Position numbers and translations under genes: made by a program. The notes below the pieces were generated by a model. It saw only the letters and a program-made list of their open reading frames with translations. It was not told the origin of the DNA and ran no database searches. A DNA stretch of 59,277 nt, the filler included, from Actinomycetales bacterium (GTDB taxonomy: Bacteria > Actinomycetota > Actinomycetes > Actinomycetales > CAVURS01): NCBI GenBank assembly GCA_045807245.1. It is 3 parts of 3 records of this genome, joined end to end, with 100 filler letters (N's around TTAATTAATTAA, not from the genome) between each part and the next. Parts side by side here need not be neighbours in the genome. Positions count along the whole stretch, not along the records: positions 12,714 to 37,911 come from JBJMHS010000066.1; 2 more parts are not named here. One strand, written 5' to 3'. Position 1 is the stretch's first letter; every line of letters starts with the position of its first letter. Shown here in pieces: positions 13,161 to 22,495 of the stretch.

Positions 13161-13171
13161 GGGGTCGCGAC

Positions 13172-14464
13172 ATGGCGCTGACCGGACGGACGGCCCTCCT
13201 GGCGCTCGCCGGCGCGGTCGTGCAGGTCGCCGCGCCCGGTCCGCTGACCTTCGTCGCCTGGCTGGTGCTGGTCGCCGTACTGGTCGCCGTCGACGTCTGG
13301 CGAGCCGGATCGCTGAAAACCCTTGCCTGGCAACGATCTTCGACCGCATCCGTCCGCCTGGGCGGGAGCGCCACAACGACGTTGACCGTCACCAACCAGG
13401 GCGACCGCCGCGTCCGTGGGCTGGTCCGCGATGCCTGGCCACCCTCGGCCGGTGCCGTGGCCAACCGCTGGCCGATCGACGTACCGCCGGGCGAGCGCCG
13501 ACGGTTCACCACGGTGCTGAGGCCGAGCCGCCGCGGCGACCGGCTGGCCGACCGGGTCACGGTGCGCAGCGGCGGACCGATGGGGCTCGCCGCCCGGCAG
13601 CGGTCGGTCGTCGTGCCGGGCCGGGTGCGCGCCCTGCCGCCGTTCGGGTCGCGCCGCCACCTGCCCAGCCGCCTGGCCCGGCTGCGTGAGCTGGACGGCC
13701 GGACCAGCCTGCATGTGCGCGGCCAGGGCACCGAGTTCGACTCGTTGCGGGAGTACGTCGTCGGCGACGACGTGCGCTCGATCGACTGGCGGGGTACGGC
13801 CCGGGGGCAGACCGTGGTCGTGCGCACCTGGCGCCCGGAGCGGGACCGGCATGTCCTCGTCGTCCTCGACACCTCGCGGACCAGCGCGGGACGGGTGGGT
13901 GACGCGCCGCGGCTGGACGCCGCCATGGACGCCGCGCTGCTGCTGGCCGCGCTCGCGTCGCGGGCCGGCGACCGCGTCGACCTGCTCGCCGCCGACCGGC
14001 GGGTCCGCGCCGCCGTCCAGCGCCGCACCGGCGCCCAGCTGCTCCCTGCGCTCGTGGAGGCCATGGCACCGCTGGAGCCGGAGCTGCTGGAGGCCGACTG
14101 GTCGGCGATCGTCGGGGCGATCCGGGCCCGGACCAGCCAGCGGGCGCTCGTGGTGCTGCTCACGGCGCTGGAGGCGGCGCCGGTCGAGGAGAGCCTGCTC
14201 CCGGTGCTGGGGCCGCTGACGGCTCATCACCAGGTGCTGGTCGCCTCGGTCGCCGACCCGGCGGTGCTGGCGATGGCCCAGGGCCGCGCGGACGCCGATG
14301 CGGTCTACTCCGCCGCTGCGGCGGAGCGCACGCTGGCCGAACGCGACCGGGTGGCCGCCCTGCTGGAGCGGCTCGGGGTCGAGGTCGTCGACGCCGCCCC
14401 GGACGCCCTGCCACCGGCTCTCGCCGACCGGTACCTGGCGCTCAAGGCGGCCGGCCGGCTCTGA
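13172..14464 (+). CDS. DUF58 domain protein (MoxR-associated, VWA-like)
   Basis: GTEFDSLREYVVGDDVRSIDWR, VVLDTSR, LALKAAGRL. Confidence 0.9.
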   Translation: MALTGRTALLALAGAVVQVAAPGPLTFVAWLVLVAVLVAVDVWRAGSLKTLAWQRSSTASVRLGGSATTTLTVTNQGDRRVRGLVRDAWPPSAGAVANRWPIDVPPGERRRFTTVLRPSRRGDRLADRVTVRSGGPMGLAARQRSVVVPGRVRALPPFGSRRHLPSRLARLRELDGRTSLHVRGQGTEFDSLREYVVGDDVRSIDWRGTARGQTVVVRTWRPERDRHVLVVLDTSRTSAGRVGDAPRLDAAMDAALLLAALASRAGDRVDLLAADRRVRAAVQRRTGAQLLPALVEAMAPLEPELLEADWSAIVGAIRARTSQRALVVLLTALEAAPVEESLLPVLGPLTAHHQVLVASVADPAVLAMAQGRADADAVYSAAAAERTLAERDRVAALLERLGVEVVDAAPDALPPALADRYLALKAAGRL

Positions 14465-14477
14465 CTGGGCGAGGATG

Positions 14478-14511
14478 GTCGGAGCTGTCGAGTCGGAGCT
14501 GTCGAGTCGGA
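14478..14511. repeat. 14-bp tandem repeat GTCGGAGCTGTCGA x2.4
   Basis: Exact copies at 14478-14491 and 14492-14505, plus GTCGGA. Confidence 0.85.
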
Positions 14512-14526
14512 TCGAGAGGACGACGA

Positions 14527-15543
14527 ATGCGCGCGACCGTGCTGTACGCACCCAGGGACATCCGGGTCGAGGACCGGCCGGACCCGACGATCGAGCAACC
14601 GACCGACGCCGTGGTCCGGCTGGCGCTGACCTGCGTGTGCGGGTCGGACCTGTGGCCCTACCGCGGCATCAACCAGGTCCGGCAGCCGATGGCCATGGGT
14701 CACGAGTACTGCGGCATCGTCGAGGCGGTGGGGGCCGAGGTCCGGACCATCCGTCCCGGTCAGTTCGTGGTGGGCTCGTTCATCGCCTCCGACAACACCT
14801 GCCCCCACTGCCGGGCCGGCGTGCAGGCCGCGTGCCGGCAGGCCGACGGCGTGGGCGGGGCGCAGGCGGAGCTGCTGCGTGTCCCGCTCGCCGACGGGAC
14901 CCTGGTCGCGACGCCGGATCTCCCGGACGACGACCTCGTGCCGAGCCTGCTCGCGGCGTCCGACGTCCTCGGGACCGGGTGGTTCGCGGCCACGGCTGCG
15001 CAGGTACGCCCCGGCCAGACCGTGGCGGTCGTCGGCGACGGAGCGGTCGGTCTCCTCGGGGTCCTGTCAGCGGCCCGGATGGGCGCGGCCCGCGTCGTGG
15101 CGATGAGCCGGCACGAACCGCGGCAGAAGCTCGCGTTGGACTTCGGAGCCACGGACATCGTGACCGAGCGCGGCGACGACGGCGTGGCCCGGATCATGGA
15201 CCTGACCGACGGGGTCGGAGCGGACGCGACGCTGGAGTGCGTCGGCACGGCCGAGTCGATGACGCAGGCCGTGCACTCCACCCGCCCGGGCGGCTACGTC
15301 GGGTTCGTGGGGGTCCCGCACGGGGTCGACCTCAGCGACGATCTGCTCTTCCGCAGCCACGTCGGCCTGCGCGGAGGACCGGCGCCGGTCCGGCAGTACC
15401 TGCCGGAACTGATCGACGCGATCCTGAACCGCGAGATCGAGCCGGGACGGGTGTTCGATCTCGAGCTGCCGCTCGAGGAGGCGGCCGAGGGCTACCGCGC
15501 GATGGACGAGCGGCGCGCCATCAAGACGCTGCTGCGTCCTTAG
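14527..15543 (+). CDS. Zinc-dependent alcohol dehydrogenase family protein
   Basis: CVCGSD, MGHE, VVGDGAVG, MDERRAIK; GAGGA RBS. Confidence 0.92.
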   Translation: MRATVLYAPRDIRVEDRPDPTIEQPTDAVVRLALTCVCGSDLWPYRGINQVRQPMAMGHEYCGIVEAVGAEVRTIRPGQFVVGSFIASDNTCPHCRAGVQAACRQADGVGGAQAELLRVPLADGTLVATPDLPDDDLVPSLLAASDVLGTGWFAATAAQVRPGQTVAVVGDGAVGLLGVLSAARMGAARVVAMSRHEPRQKLALDFGATDIVTERGDDGVARIMDLTDGVGADATLECVGTAESMTQAVHSTRPGGYVGFVGVPHGVDLSDDLLFRSHVGLRGGPAPVRQYLPELIDAILNREIEPGRVFDLELPLEEAAEGYRAMDERRAIKTLLRP

Positions 15544-15551
15544 CCGCGAGG

Positions 15552-17105
15552 TCAGCCCGGGAACGGGTCCGGCAGGGAGAGCAGGACGTTGCGCTCGTCG
15601 GGCTTGCCGTAGCGCGGGTGCTCCGGGAAGCGTCGCCACTGCCAGTCGTTCGCGGCCAGCTCGCGCGAGAGGCCGGCGAGCTCGACGGTGGAGTCGATAC
15701 CGCCCCGCCACGGCGACTCACCGGCGTGGTCGAGCATGGTCGCCGCGATCTGGATCTGCTCGGCACACCGGACCATCTCGACGACCCGGGCTTGCTGCGG
15801 CCAGTCGATCAGGGAGGGCGCGACCACCTGCCAGTACGTCTCGCGCGCGGTCGTCGCCACCTCGTGGGTGTGCCCGGCCAGCCACAGGACGACGCACGGG
15901 TGGCTCGTGACGAGCTGCTGCACCTCGTCGCGGAGCACGCGGTCGGGACCGGCGTCGTTGACCAGCGTTTCGACCGGGTGGTGGCTGGCCAGGACGACGT
16001 ACCGCCGCTCGTCGTCGGCCGCGGTCAGCTCGCCGGCGAGCCACTCGAACTGGTCGCGGTCCAGCGAGCCCTCCCACCCGCCGTACTCGTCCACGGTGTC
16101 GAGCACGACGATGCTGACCCGCCCCACGTCGTGTCGGTAGTACGCCGAGTCGCCGGCCGAGAAGCCGTGCCCCAGCGGGAGGCCGTCGGCGTCGAGGTGC
16201 CGGTCGACGAACTCCTTGCGGGTCACGACGCGCCGGTCCGGATCGGCGGTGACCTCACGGGTCCGGCACTCCTCCAGCGCGGCCAGCGCGTCCGGGTCAC
16301 AGGACTCCAGCCCGGCCAACAGCTCGAGCGCCTGGTCCGGCGTGTACCCGTCGGGCAGGCCGTACGCCTTGCGGTCGCCGACCGCGACCGCACCCAGCTC
16401 CCCGGTGCCGGGAACGGTGCCTTGCAGCATCTGGTCGTGGTTGCCGTGCACCGCCAGCCAGGGCAGCCGCAGCCCCGGCGCGTCGAACGGCCGGCGCACG
16501 GCGTCGAGCAGCCCTGGGACAGTAGGGAACCCGTACGCCGCGCGCGGGAGGTCCGTGACCGTCGAGGTCGGCCGCCAGAACCGTTGGTCGGCGATGACGT
16601 CGTCGGCGACGCCCTCGTACCGCGACAGGTCGCCGGAGTCCGGGTGGACGTGCCCGCCGTCGAGCAGCGTGAGGTACCAGTCCAGCTCGTTGGCCTGGGA
16701 GTTGTCGGTGTTGTCGCCCGTGACGACGGCGAGGTCGAGTGGTGCTCGGAACACCGGTCCGCGCTCGGTCGCGTTGACCGCCTGCACGCAGGCCTCGACG
16801 ACCTGGGCGGTCATCAGCTCCTGGGCCCGGTACGTGCCGACCTCACCGACCTGCTCGAGGACCGGGGAGTCCGGGTCGGCCCAGCGGTCCAGGAACTCGA
16901 TCCGGGCCGGGGACTGGTGGTCGCACACGTGCAGGTCGGACAGGTGCGCGACCGTGAGCAGCGGCTCGACCGCCGCCGGTTCGCAGGCGGCGTGCGCGCC
17001 GAGGTCGGTGCGCAAGACGCGCGGCTCCCCCGGGCCGGGCACCAGCTGGCGGTACCCGCCGGGACCGTCCTGCCCCCAGCGCAGTGCGGTGCGGTCGGTC
17101 GTCAC
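15552..17105 (-). CDS. Calcineurin-like metallophosphoesterase (TIGR03767-like), no signal peptide
   Basis: SDLHxxDxQSPAR, TGDNTD, HGNHD, SHH, AGHTH; GTG start 31 nt after the ATPase stop. Confidence 0.82.
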   Translation of the reverse strand: MTTDRTALRWGQDGPGGYRQLVPGPGEPRVLRTDLGAHAACEPAAVEPLLTVAHLSDLHVCDHQSPARIEFLDRWADPDSPVLEQVGEVGTYRAQELMTAQVVEACVQAVNATERGPVFRAPLDLAVVTGDNTDNSQANELDWYLTLLDGGHVHPDSGDLSRYEGVADDVIADQRFWRPTSTVTDLPRAAYGFPTVPGLLDAVRRPFDAPGLRLPWLAVHGNHDQMLQGTVPGTGELGAVAVGDRKAYGLPDGYTPDQALELLAGLESCDPDALAALEECRTREVTADPDRRVVTRKEFVDRHLDADGLPLGHGFSAGDSAYYRHDVGRVSIVVLDTVDEYGGWEGSLDRDQFEWLAGELTAADDERRYVVLASHHPVETLVNDAGPDRVLRDEVQQLVTSHPCVVLWLAGHTHEVATTARETYWQVVAPSLIDWPQQARVVEMVRCAEQIQIAATMLDHAGESPWRGGIDSTVELAGLSRELAANDWQWRRFPEHPRYGKPDERNVLLSLPDPFPG

Positions 17106-17136
17106 GGTCGTCGATCTCGCCGGTTCGGCGCCAGTA

Positions 17137-18207
17137 CTAGCCGGTCGCGAGGAGGACCGGGCGCTCGAGCAGGCTGGTCGAGGTGCGCGTGCCCGGGGCG
17201 AGCTCGGAGGCTCGGTGCGACGGCACGTCGGCCAGCACGGTGCTGTCGTCGTCGCGGCGCAGGACGAGCCGGATCGTCGCACCGCGGAACGTCGCGGTGT
17301 CGACCACGGTGCCGCCGGTGGGGTCCGCCTTGACCACCACGGCCTCGGGCCGCACCAACACGGTCACGCTCGTACCGCTGCCCGGGCTCTGCCCGTCGGC
17401 CGGCAGCGTCTGCGTGCCGACCGACACCTTGCCGTCGGCCACGACCGTCGCAGGCAGCCGGTTCATCGTGCCCACGAACTCGGCGACGAACGGCGTGGTC
17501 GGCCGGTCGTAGAGCTCGCTCGGCTGGGCGCACTGCTCGAGCTGGCCGGCGCGCATGACGCCGACCCGGTCGGCCATCGACAGCGCTTCCTCCTGGTCGT
17601 GCGTCACGAAAACCGTTGTGACACCGAGCTCTTGCTGGATCCGGCGGATCTCGTCCCGCAGCTGCTCGCGCACCTTGGCGTCCAGCGCGGAGAGCGGCTC
17701 GTCGAGCAGGAGCACCCGGGGGGCGATGGCCAGGGCCCGGGCCAGGGCCACGCGCTGTTGCTGCCCACCGGACATCTGGTGAGGGTACTTCTTGAGGTGT
17801 TCGCCCAGCCCGACCAGCTCGAGCAGCTCGTCGGCCCGCTTGCGCCGGGCGCCGCTCGACTCACCGCGCATGCGCAGCCCGAAGGCCACGTTGTCCTGCG
17901 CGGTCATCGTCGGGAACAGGCTGTACGACTGGAAGACCATGCCCATGTCCCGCTTGTTCGCCGGCACCCGCGAGATATCCTGCCCGTCGACCAGCACCTG
18001 ACCGGACGTCGGCTGGTCGAAGCCGGCCAGGAGTCGCAACGCCGTGGTCTTGCCACAGCCGGACGGCCCGAGCAGCGCGAGCAGCTCACCCGGCTCGATC
18101 TTCAGGTCCAGTCCCGCCAGCGCGGACATGGAGCCGAAGACCCGGCCGACTCGCCGATACTCCACCGTCGTACCGCCTTTGGCCGCGATGGCCTCGATGG
18201 CGCTCAT
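17137..18207 (-). CDS. ABC transporter ATP-binding protein (PotA/FbpC-like, C-terminal TOBE)
   Basis: GPSGCGKT, MSGGQQQRVALARAL, LLLDEP, VTHDQEEA. Confidence 0.95.
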   Translation of the reverse strand: MSAIEAIAAKGGTTVEYRRVGRVFGSMSALAGLDLKIEPGELLALLGPSGCGKTTALRLLAGFDQPTSGQVLVDGQDISRVPANKRDMGMVFQSYSLFPTMTAQDNVAFGLRMRGESSGARRKRADELLELVGLGEHLKKYPHQMSGGQQQRVALARALAIAPRVLLLDEPLSALDAKVREQLRDEIRRIQQELGVTTVFVTHDQEEALSMADRVGVMRAGQLEQCAQPSELYDRPTTPFVAEFVGTMNRLPATVVADGKVSVGTQTLPADGQSPGSGTSVTVLVRPEAVVVKADPTGGTVVDTATFRGATIRLVLRRDDDSTVLADVPSHRASELAPGTRTSTSLLERPVLLATG

Positions 18208-18210
18208 GGG

Positions 18211-19122
18211 TCAGCTCTTCCTTTCGTCCCGTCGGCGCCAGTTCAGGGCGCCGATGAGCAGCAGCATGATTTCGACGATGAGCAAGCTCAGCAACGACGT
18301 CGCGGCCTGGACCTGACCCGATGCCGACGGCAGCTGGACCAGCCAGACCGGGAAGGTCCTGCCGTACAACAGGATCGAGGCGATCGTGTACTCGCCCATC
18401 ACGAGCGCGAAGCACAGGAACGCGGCGTTCACGATCGACGTGCGCAGGCTGGGCATCAGCACCCGCCAGATCACCGTCGGCCAGCCCGCGCCGAGGTTGC
18501 GGGCCGCCTCGACCAGCGTCACGGTGTCGATCGACCGCAGACCAGCGTCGATCGAGCGGTAGACGAACGGCAACGCCAGGGTGACGTAGATCAGCGCCAG
18601 GATGTACGGCGGGTCCTGGCCGCGCAGGAAGGTGAGGCTGGAGTTCAGCGGGCCGTGCAGGTTGTCCTGGGTCCAGATGAAGGTGTCGGACACGCCCACG
18701 ACCAGCACGACGGGCGGGAACACCAGCGGCAGCAGCGTGATGATCTCGACCACGGGCCGCACCTTGCGGTACTTGAGGTGTAGCAGCAGCTGCGTGGGGA
18801 TCATCAACAGCAGCGTCAGCAGGATCGTGAACACCGCCAGGGTCAACGACACCCGCAGAGCGGTGCTGATCGTGATCAGCCCACCGGGCTGCTTCCCGAA
18901 GATCGACGTGTACGCCGAGAACGTGACGCCGCCGTTGGCGCTGTCCTTGATGGTGAAGATGAACGCCGTGAGCAGCGGCCCGAAGAAGTAGATCGCGCAG
19001 ACGGCCAGCACCACCAGCCGCGTGACGCCGACCTTCTTGCGCGGGCTGCGCAGGGTCGAGGCGGGCGCCGGCTCGGGCAGCAGCTCGGGAGCCGCGGCGC
19101 TGCCGTACCCGGTGGAGGTCAT
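18211..19122 (-). CDS. ABC transporter permease (PotC-like)
   Basis: TM helices; EAA loop LVEAARNLGA; TGATG coupling with upstream permease. Confidence 0.92.
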   Translation of the reverse strand: MTSTGYGSAAAPELLPEPAPASTLRSPRKKVGVTRLVVLAVCAIYFFGPLLTAFIFTIKDSANGGVTFSAYTSIFGKQPGGLITISTALRVSLTLAVFTILLTLLLMIPTQLLLHLKYRKVRPVVEIITLLPLVFPPVVLVVGVSDTFIWTQDNLHGPLNSSLTFLRGQDPPYILALIYVTLALPFVYRSIDAGLRSIDTVTLVEAARNLGAGWPTVIWRVLMPSLRTSIVNAAFLCFALVMGEYTIASILLYGRTFPVWLVQLPSASGQVQAATSLLSLLIVEIMLLLIGALNWRRRDERKS

Positions 19123-20096
19123 CAGGCGAGCCACTTCGACGTACGGCGCTGCAGCAGCTGGTAGACCACGGTGAGGGGCAGCACGATCACCACCATGTCG
19201 AGCGCCAGCGCGGCACCCAAGTTCTCCTGGCCGGACAACACGTTGCCGGACAGCACGCTGGCGATCTGGGTCGGCACGAGCGGGAAGGACGAACCGACGA
19301 GGGCGAACGCCGTCGCGTACGCGGAGAACGCCGAGCAGAAGAGCAGCAGCACCGAGCCGAGGAAGTTGGGCAGCAGCACCGGGCCGGCGATGAACCGCCA
19401 GTAGTGCCAGCGGTTCGCACCCAGGTTCTCGGCCGCCTCGGCCCACTGCGGCTTCAGCCCCTCGAGGGCGGGCATCATCACCAGCACCATCAAGGGGATC
19501 AGGAAGTAGAGGTAGACGAGCGCGATGCCGGGCACCGTCGTCAGCTTGAAGTGCAGGTCGTCGGTCAGCGAGATGCTGAGGCGGTCACTGAGGAACGTCG
19601 TCAGCACACCGGCGTTGCCGACGGTCGCGATGAACAGGAACGCCAGCGGAACACCGCCGAAGTTCGCCATGACGGCCGAGCCGGCCACGACCACCTGGCG
19701 GAGGACGCTGCTGCGGCTGGTGACGATGGCGTAGGCCAGGAGCAGGCCGACGATCGCTCCGATGATGGCGGTGAAGAGGGACAGCTCGATGCTGTTGACC
19801 ATCGACGTCCGGTAGATGCCGTGGAGGGAGCTGGTCAGGTTGTCCGCCGTGAACGACTTCTTGGCCTCGAAGATCTGCGTCTGGGGGTTGCGCACGCGCG
19901 TGCTCTTGCGCACCGACGTGAACAGGATCACGCCGATCGGCAGCAGGAAGAACAAGAAGACGTAGACGAAGAACGGCAACAGACCCGTCCAGCCGAGCTC
20001 GAGACGGCGGGACCGGGTCGTCCCGGTCCCGCTCGCCTCGGTCTCCGCCGCGGACCCCGTGGTGGGGTCCGCGACGGGGGCGTCAGTAGCGCTCAC
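19122..20096 (-). CDS. ABC transporter permease (PotB-like)
   Basis: TM helices; WAEAAENLGA. Confidence 0.92.
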   Translation of the reverse strand: MSATDAPVADPTTGSAAETEASGTGTTRSRRLELGWTGLLPFFVYVFLFFLLPIGVILFTSVRKSTRVRNPQTQIFEAKKSFTADNLTSSLHGIYRTSMVNSIELSLFTAIIGAIVGLLLAYAIVTSRSSVLRQVVVAGSAVMANFGGVPLAFLFIATVGNAGVLTTFLSDRLSISLTDDLHFKLTTVPGIALVYLYFLIPLMVLVMMPALEGLKPQWAEAAENLGANRWHYWRFIAGPVLLPNFLGSVLLLFCSAFSAYATAFALVGSSFPLVPTQIASVLSGNVLSGQENLGAALALDMVVIVLPLTVVYQLLQRRTSKWLA

Positions 20097-21262
20097 TAGG
20101 CGATCGCAGCAGCCCAGTTTTGGGTCACGACGCCCTTGGCCTTGGTGACCTGGTCCGGGGTCGGCGCGAACGGGTTCGCGTCCGTGACCGGAGGCAGCTT
20201 GGCCAGCGCGGTCGCGTCAGCCTTGCCGCTCTTCTGCATGGCGGCCAGCTCGATCGGCCGGGCGGTGCCCTTCAGCCAGCCGTTCTGCCCACCGTCGGCG
20301 TCCTGGCTGTACAGGTACTCCTCCCACAGCCGGGCGGCCGCAGGATGCGGCGCGCTCGCACTGATCGCCTGCGAGTAGTAGCCGGTGACCAGGCCGTCGC
20401 TCGGGACGTTCGTGGTCCAGGTGACGCCCTTGGTCTTGAACTCGGCCGCGTTGCCGACGTTCAGGTAGTCCCAGTCGACGACGATCGGCGTCTCACCGGA
20501 CTCGACCGTCGACGTCTTGGCCTGCGTCTTGTTGAAGATGCCGGCCTTGTTCAGCTGCTTGAAGAAGTCGATGCCCGGCTGGATGTCGTCCGCCGAACCG
20601 CCGTTGGCCAGCGCGGCCGCCCAGACACCGAGGAACGCGGCGTTCGCAGAGGTGGGGTCACCGTTGAGCGCGACCTTGCCCTTGTACGCCGGGTTGTTGA
20701 GGTCCTTGAACGTCTTCGGGCAGGTGCCACCGACCTTGGCCGCGTTGCAGCCGAGGGAGATGTAGCCGCCGTAGTCGCTGAACCAGAGGCCGCCCGGATC
20801 CTTCAGGCCGTCGGGGATGTCCGACCAGGTCGCCACCTTGTACGGCGCGAACAGGTTCTCCTGAGCACCCTGGAGCGCGTAGCTGTTGCCGACGTCCACG
20901 ACGTCCGGTGCGCTGGTCTGACCCTTCGTCGACTTCAGCGCGTTGATCTCGTCACCGCTGGAGCCGTCCGGGTTCTCGCTGTTGATCTTGACGCCGTACT
21001 TCGCGGTGAACCCGTCGATGATCGCGCCGTAGCCGGCCCAGTCACGTGGCACCGCGATGATGTTGAGGGTGCCTTCCTTCTTGGCGGCCGCGACGAGCGC
21101 GTCCATGCCGCCCAGGTCGGCGGCCGACTGTGCCGTGGCTGCGCTCTTGCCGCCACCCCCACCGCTGCCCTTGCTGCCGCCGCTGCTGCTGCCGCCGCAT
21201 GCGGCCAGCGACAGGCCGGCGATCGCGGTCATGCTCACGACGGCTATCCACCGTTGACGCAC
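20096..21262 (-). CDS. ABC substrate-binding lipoprotein (polyamine/iron/thiamine cluster)
   Basis: Lipobox LAAC, AAAKKEG, APDVVDVG, APHPAAARLWEE; GTG 21262 has a GGAG RBS (alternative start 21277). Confidence 0.9.
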   Translation of the reverse strand: MRQRWIAVVSMTAIAGLSLAACGGSSSGGSKGSGGGGGKSAATAQSAADLGGMDALVAAAKKEGTLNIIAVPRDWAGYGAIIDGFTAKYGVKINSENPDGSSGDEINALKSTKGQTSAPDVVDVGNSYALQGAQENLFAPYKVATWSDIPDGLKDPGGLWFSDYGGYISLGCNAAKVGGTCPKTFKDLNNPAYKGKVALNGDPTSANAAFLGVWAAALANGGSADDIQPGIDFFKQLNKAGIFNKTQAKTSTVESGETPIVVDWDYLNVGNAAEFKTKGVTWTTNVPSDGLVTGYYSQAISASAPHPAAARLWEEYLYSQDADGGQNGWLKGTARPIELAAMQKSGKADATALAKLPPVTDANPFAPTPDQVTKAKGVVTQNWAAAIA

Positions 21263-21305
21263 GTTGTCTCCATCCACCAGGTGATCGGGCCGGGGTGCCC
21301 GCCGA

Positions 21306-21375
21306 CTGCCAAGGCTTTCGTCAGGAGCCGCAGCAGCGTTGAACCGCTGCGACTCCTGTCGGTGAACACTGGCAG
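21306..21375 (-). promoter_or_regulatory. Structured 5' leader of the ABC/phosphoesterase operon
   Basis: 13-bp stem (21322-21334 with 21346-21358) that has a G-U pair only on the minus strand; outer CUGCCA/UGGCAG stem; -10-like TAGTGT at 21389-21394. Confidence 0.5.
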
Positions 21376-21477
21376 AAGGATCGGTGGGACACTAGAGCGG
21401 CTTTGCGCGTTTTGCCTGTTTCCTCACGCGCGAGCGCAAATCGTTATATGCAACGCCGAACTCTGCTCAGGCCTGGC

Positions 21478-22473
21478 TCAGGCACTGACGGGACGCAGGT
21501 CACCCGCGTCCTGCACGGCCACGTCGCCCGTCACGCCGGCCCGGGCGGCCCGGCGACCGAGGACGAACACGTACGTCAAGAAGGCGCCCTCGGCCACGAC
21601 GCCGACCGCGATCTTGACGGCGCCAGGCAGTCCGGACGGCGTCACGAAGCCCTCGATGAAGCCGGACACCGCGAGGACCCCGACCAGGCCCACCGCGATG
21701 GCGAACGCCGCGCGGCCCTCCTCCGCCAACGCTTGGCTGCGCGTTCGGGGACCAGGCTCGACCCACGCCCAGAACAGCCGCAGCCCGGTCCCGGCCGCGA
21801 CGAAGACGGCCGTCAGCTCGAGCATGCCGTGCGGCAGAATCAGGCCGAAGAACAGGTCGGCGCGGCCGTGGCTGACCATCACCCCGCCGATGACACCGAC
21901 GTTGGCGACGTTCTGCCACAGCAGGTAGACGACCGGGACGCCGAGGATCCCCAGCGAGATGCACACCGCGGCCACCCACGCGTTGTTGGTCCAGACCTGC
22001 GCGGCGAAGCTGGCGTGCGCGTACGTCGAGTAGTAGGACGCGAAGTCGGTGTTGACCAGCTGGTCGAGCTCCGCCTGCGGGATCAGCCGGCTCTGCATCG
22101 ACGGGTGGGCCGCCACCCAGGCGCCGAGCCCGAAGGCCGTCACGACACTGGCGACGAGCACGCCGCCCCACCACGCCCGAGCGCGGTACATCGCGGCCGG
22201 CACCGACTGGCTGACGAACCGGCCGGCGTCCCGCCAGGCCGGGTCCGACGTGCCCGTCACCGCGGCGCGGGCACGCGCCACGAGCCGGGAGAGCTGACCG
22301 ACCAGGGCCGGGTCCGGAGCACTGGAGCGCACGACCGACAGGTGCGTCGCCGCGCGCTGGTACAGGTCGATGAGCTCGTCGGCCTGCTGGCCCGTCGGCC
22401 GCCGTACGCCGACCAGCCGCTCGAGCCGCTGCCACTCGCGCCCGTGCGCCGCGACGTACGCGTCCAGGTCCAC
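21478..22473 (-). CDS. Stage II sporulation protein M-like (DUF95) membrane protein
   Basis: MDLDAYVAAH, FAAQVWTNN, ILPHGMLE, SGFIEGFVTP. Confidence 0.88.
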   Translation of the reverse strand: MDLDAYVAAHGREWQRLERLVGVRRPTGQQADELIDLYQRAATHLSVVRSSAPDPALVGQLSRLVARARAAVTGTSDPAWRDAGRFVSQSVPAAMYRARAWWGGVLVASVVTAFGLGAWVAAHPSMQSRLIPQAELDQLVNTDFASYYSTYAHASFAAQVWTNNAWVAAVCISLGILGVPVVYLLWQNVANVGVIGGVMVSHGRADLFFGLILPHGMLELTAVFVAAGTGLRLFWAWVEPGPRTRSQALAEEGRAAFAIAVGLVGVLAVSGFIEGFVTPSGLPGAVKIAVGVVAEGAFLTYVFVLGRRAARAGVTGDVAVQDAGDLRPVSA

Positions 22474-22495
22474 CTGGCGAGGCTAGCCTCTGACG

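Noticed and set aside
21312..21325. CUGACGA/GAAA resembling a hammerhead ribozyme core
   Set aside because: No compatible stems II and III can be drawn
21395..21425. GGCAAA..CGCAAAGCC resembling a c-di-GMP-I riboswitch
   Set aside because: The intervening hairpin with GNRA tetraloop is missing, and it lies upstream of the predicted -10 box
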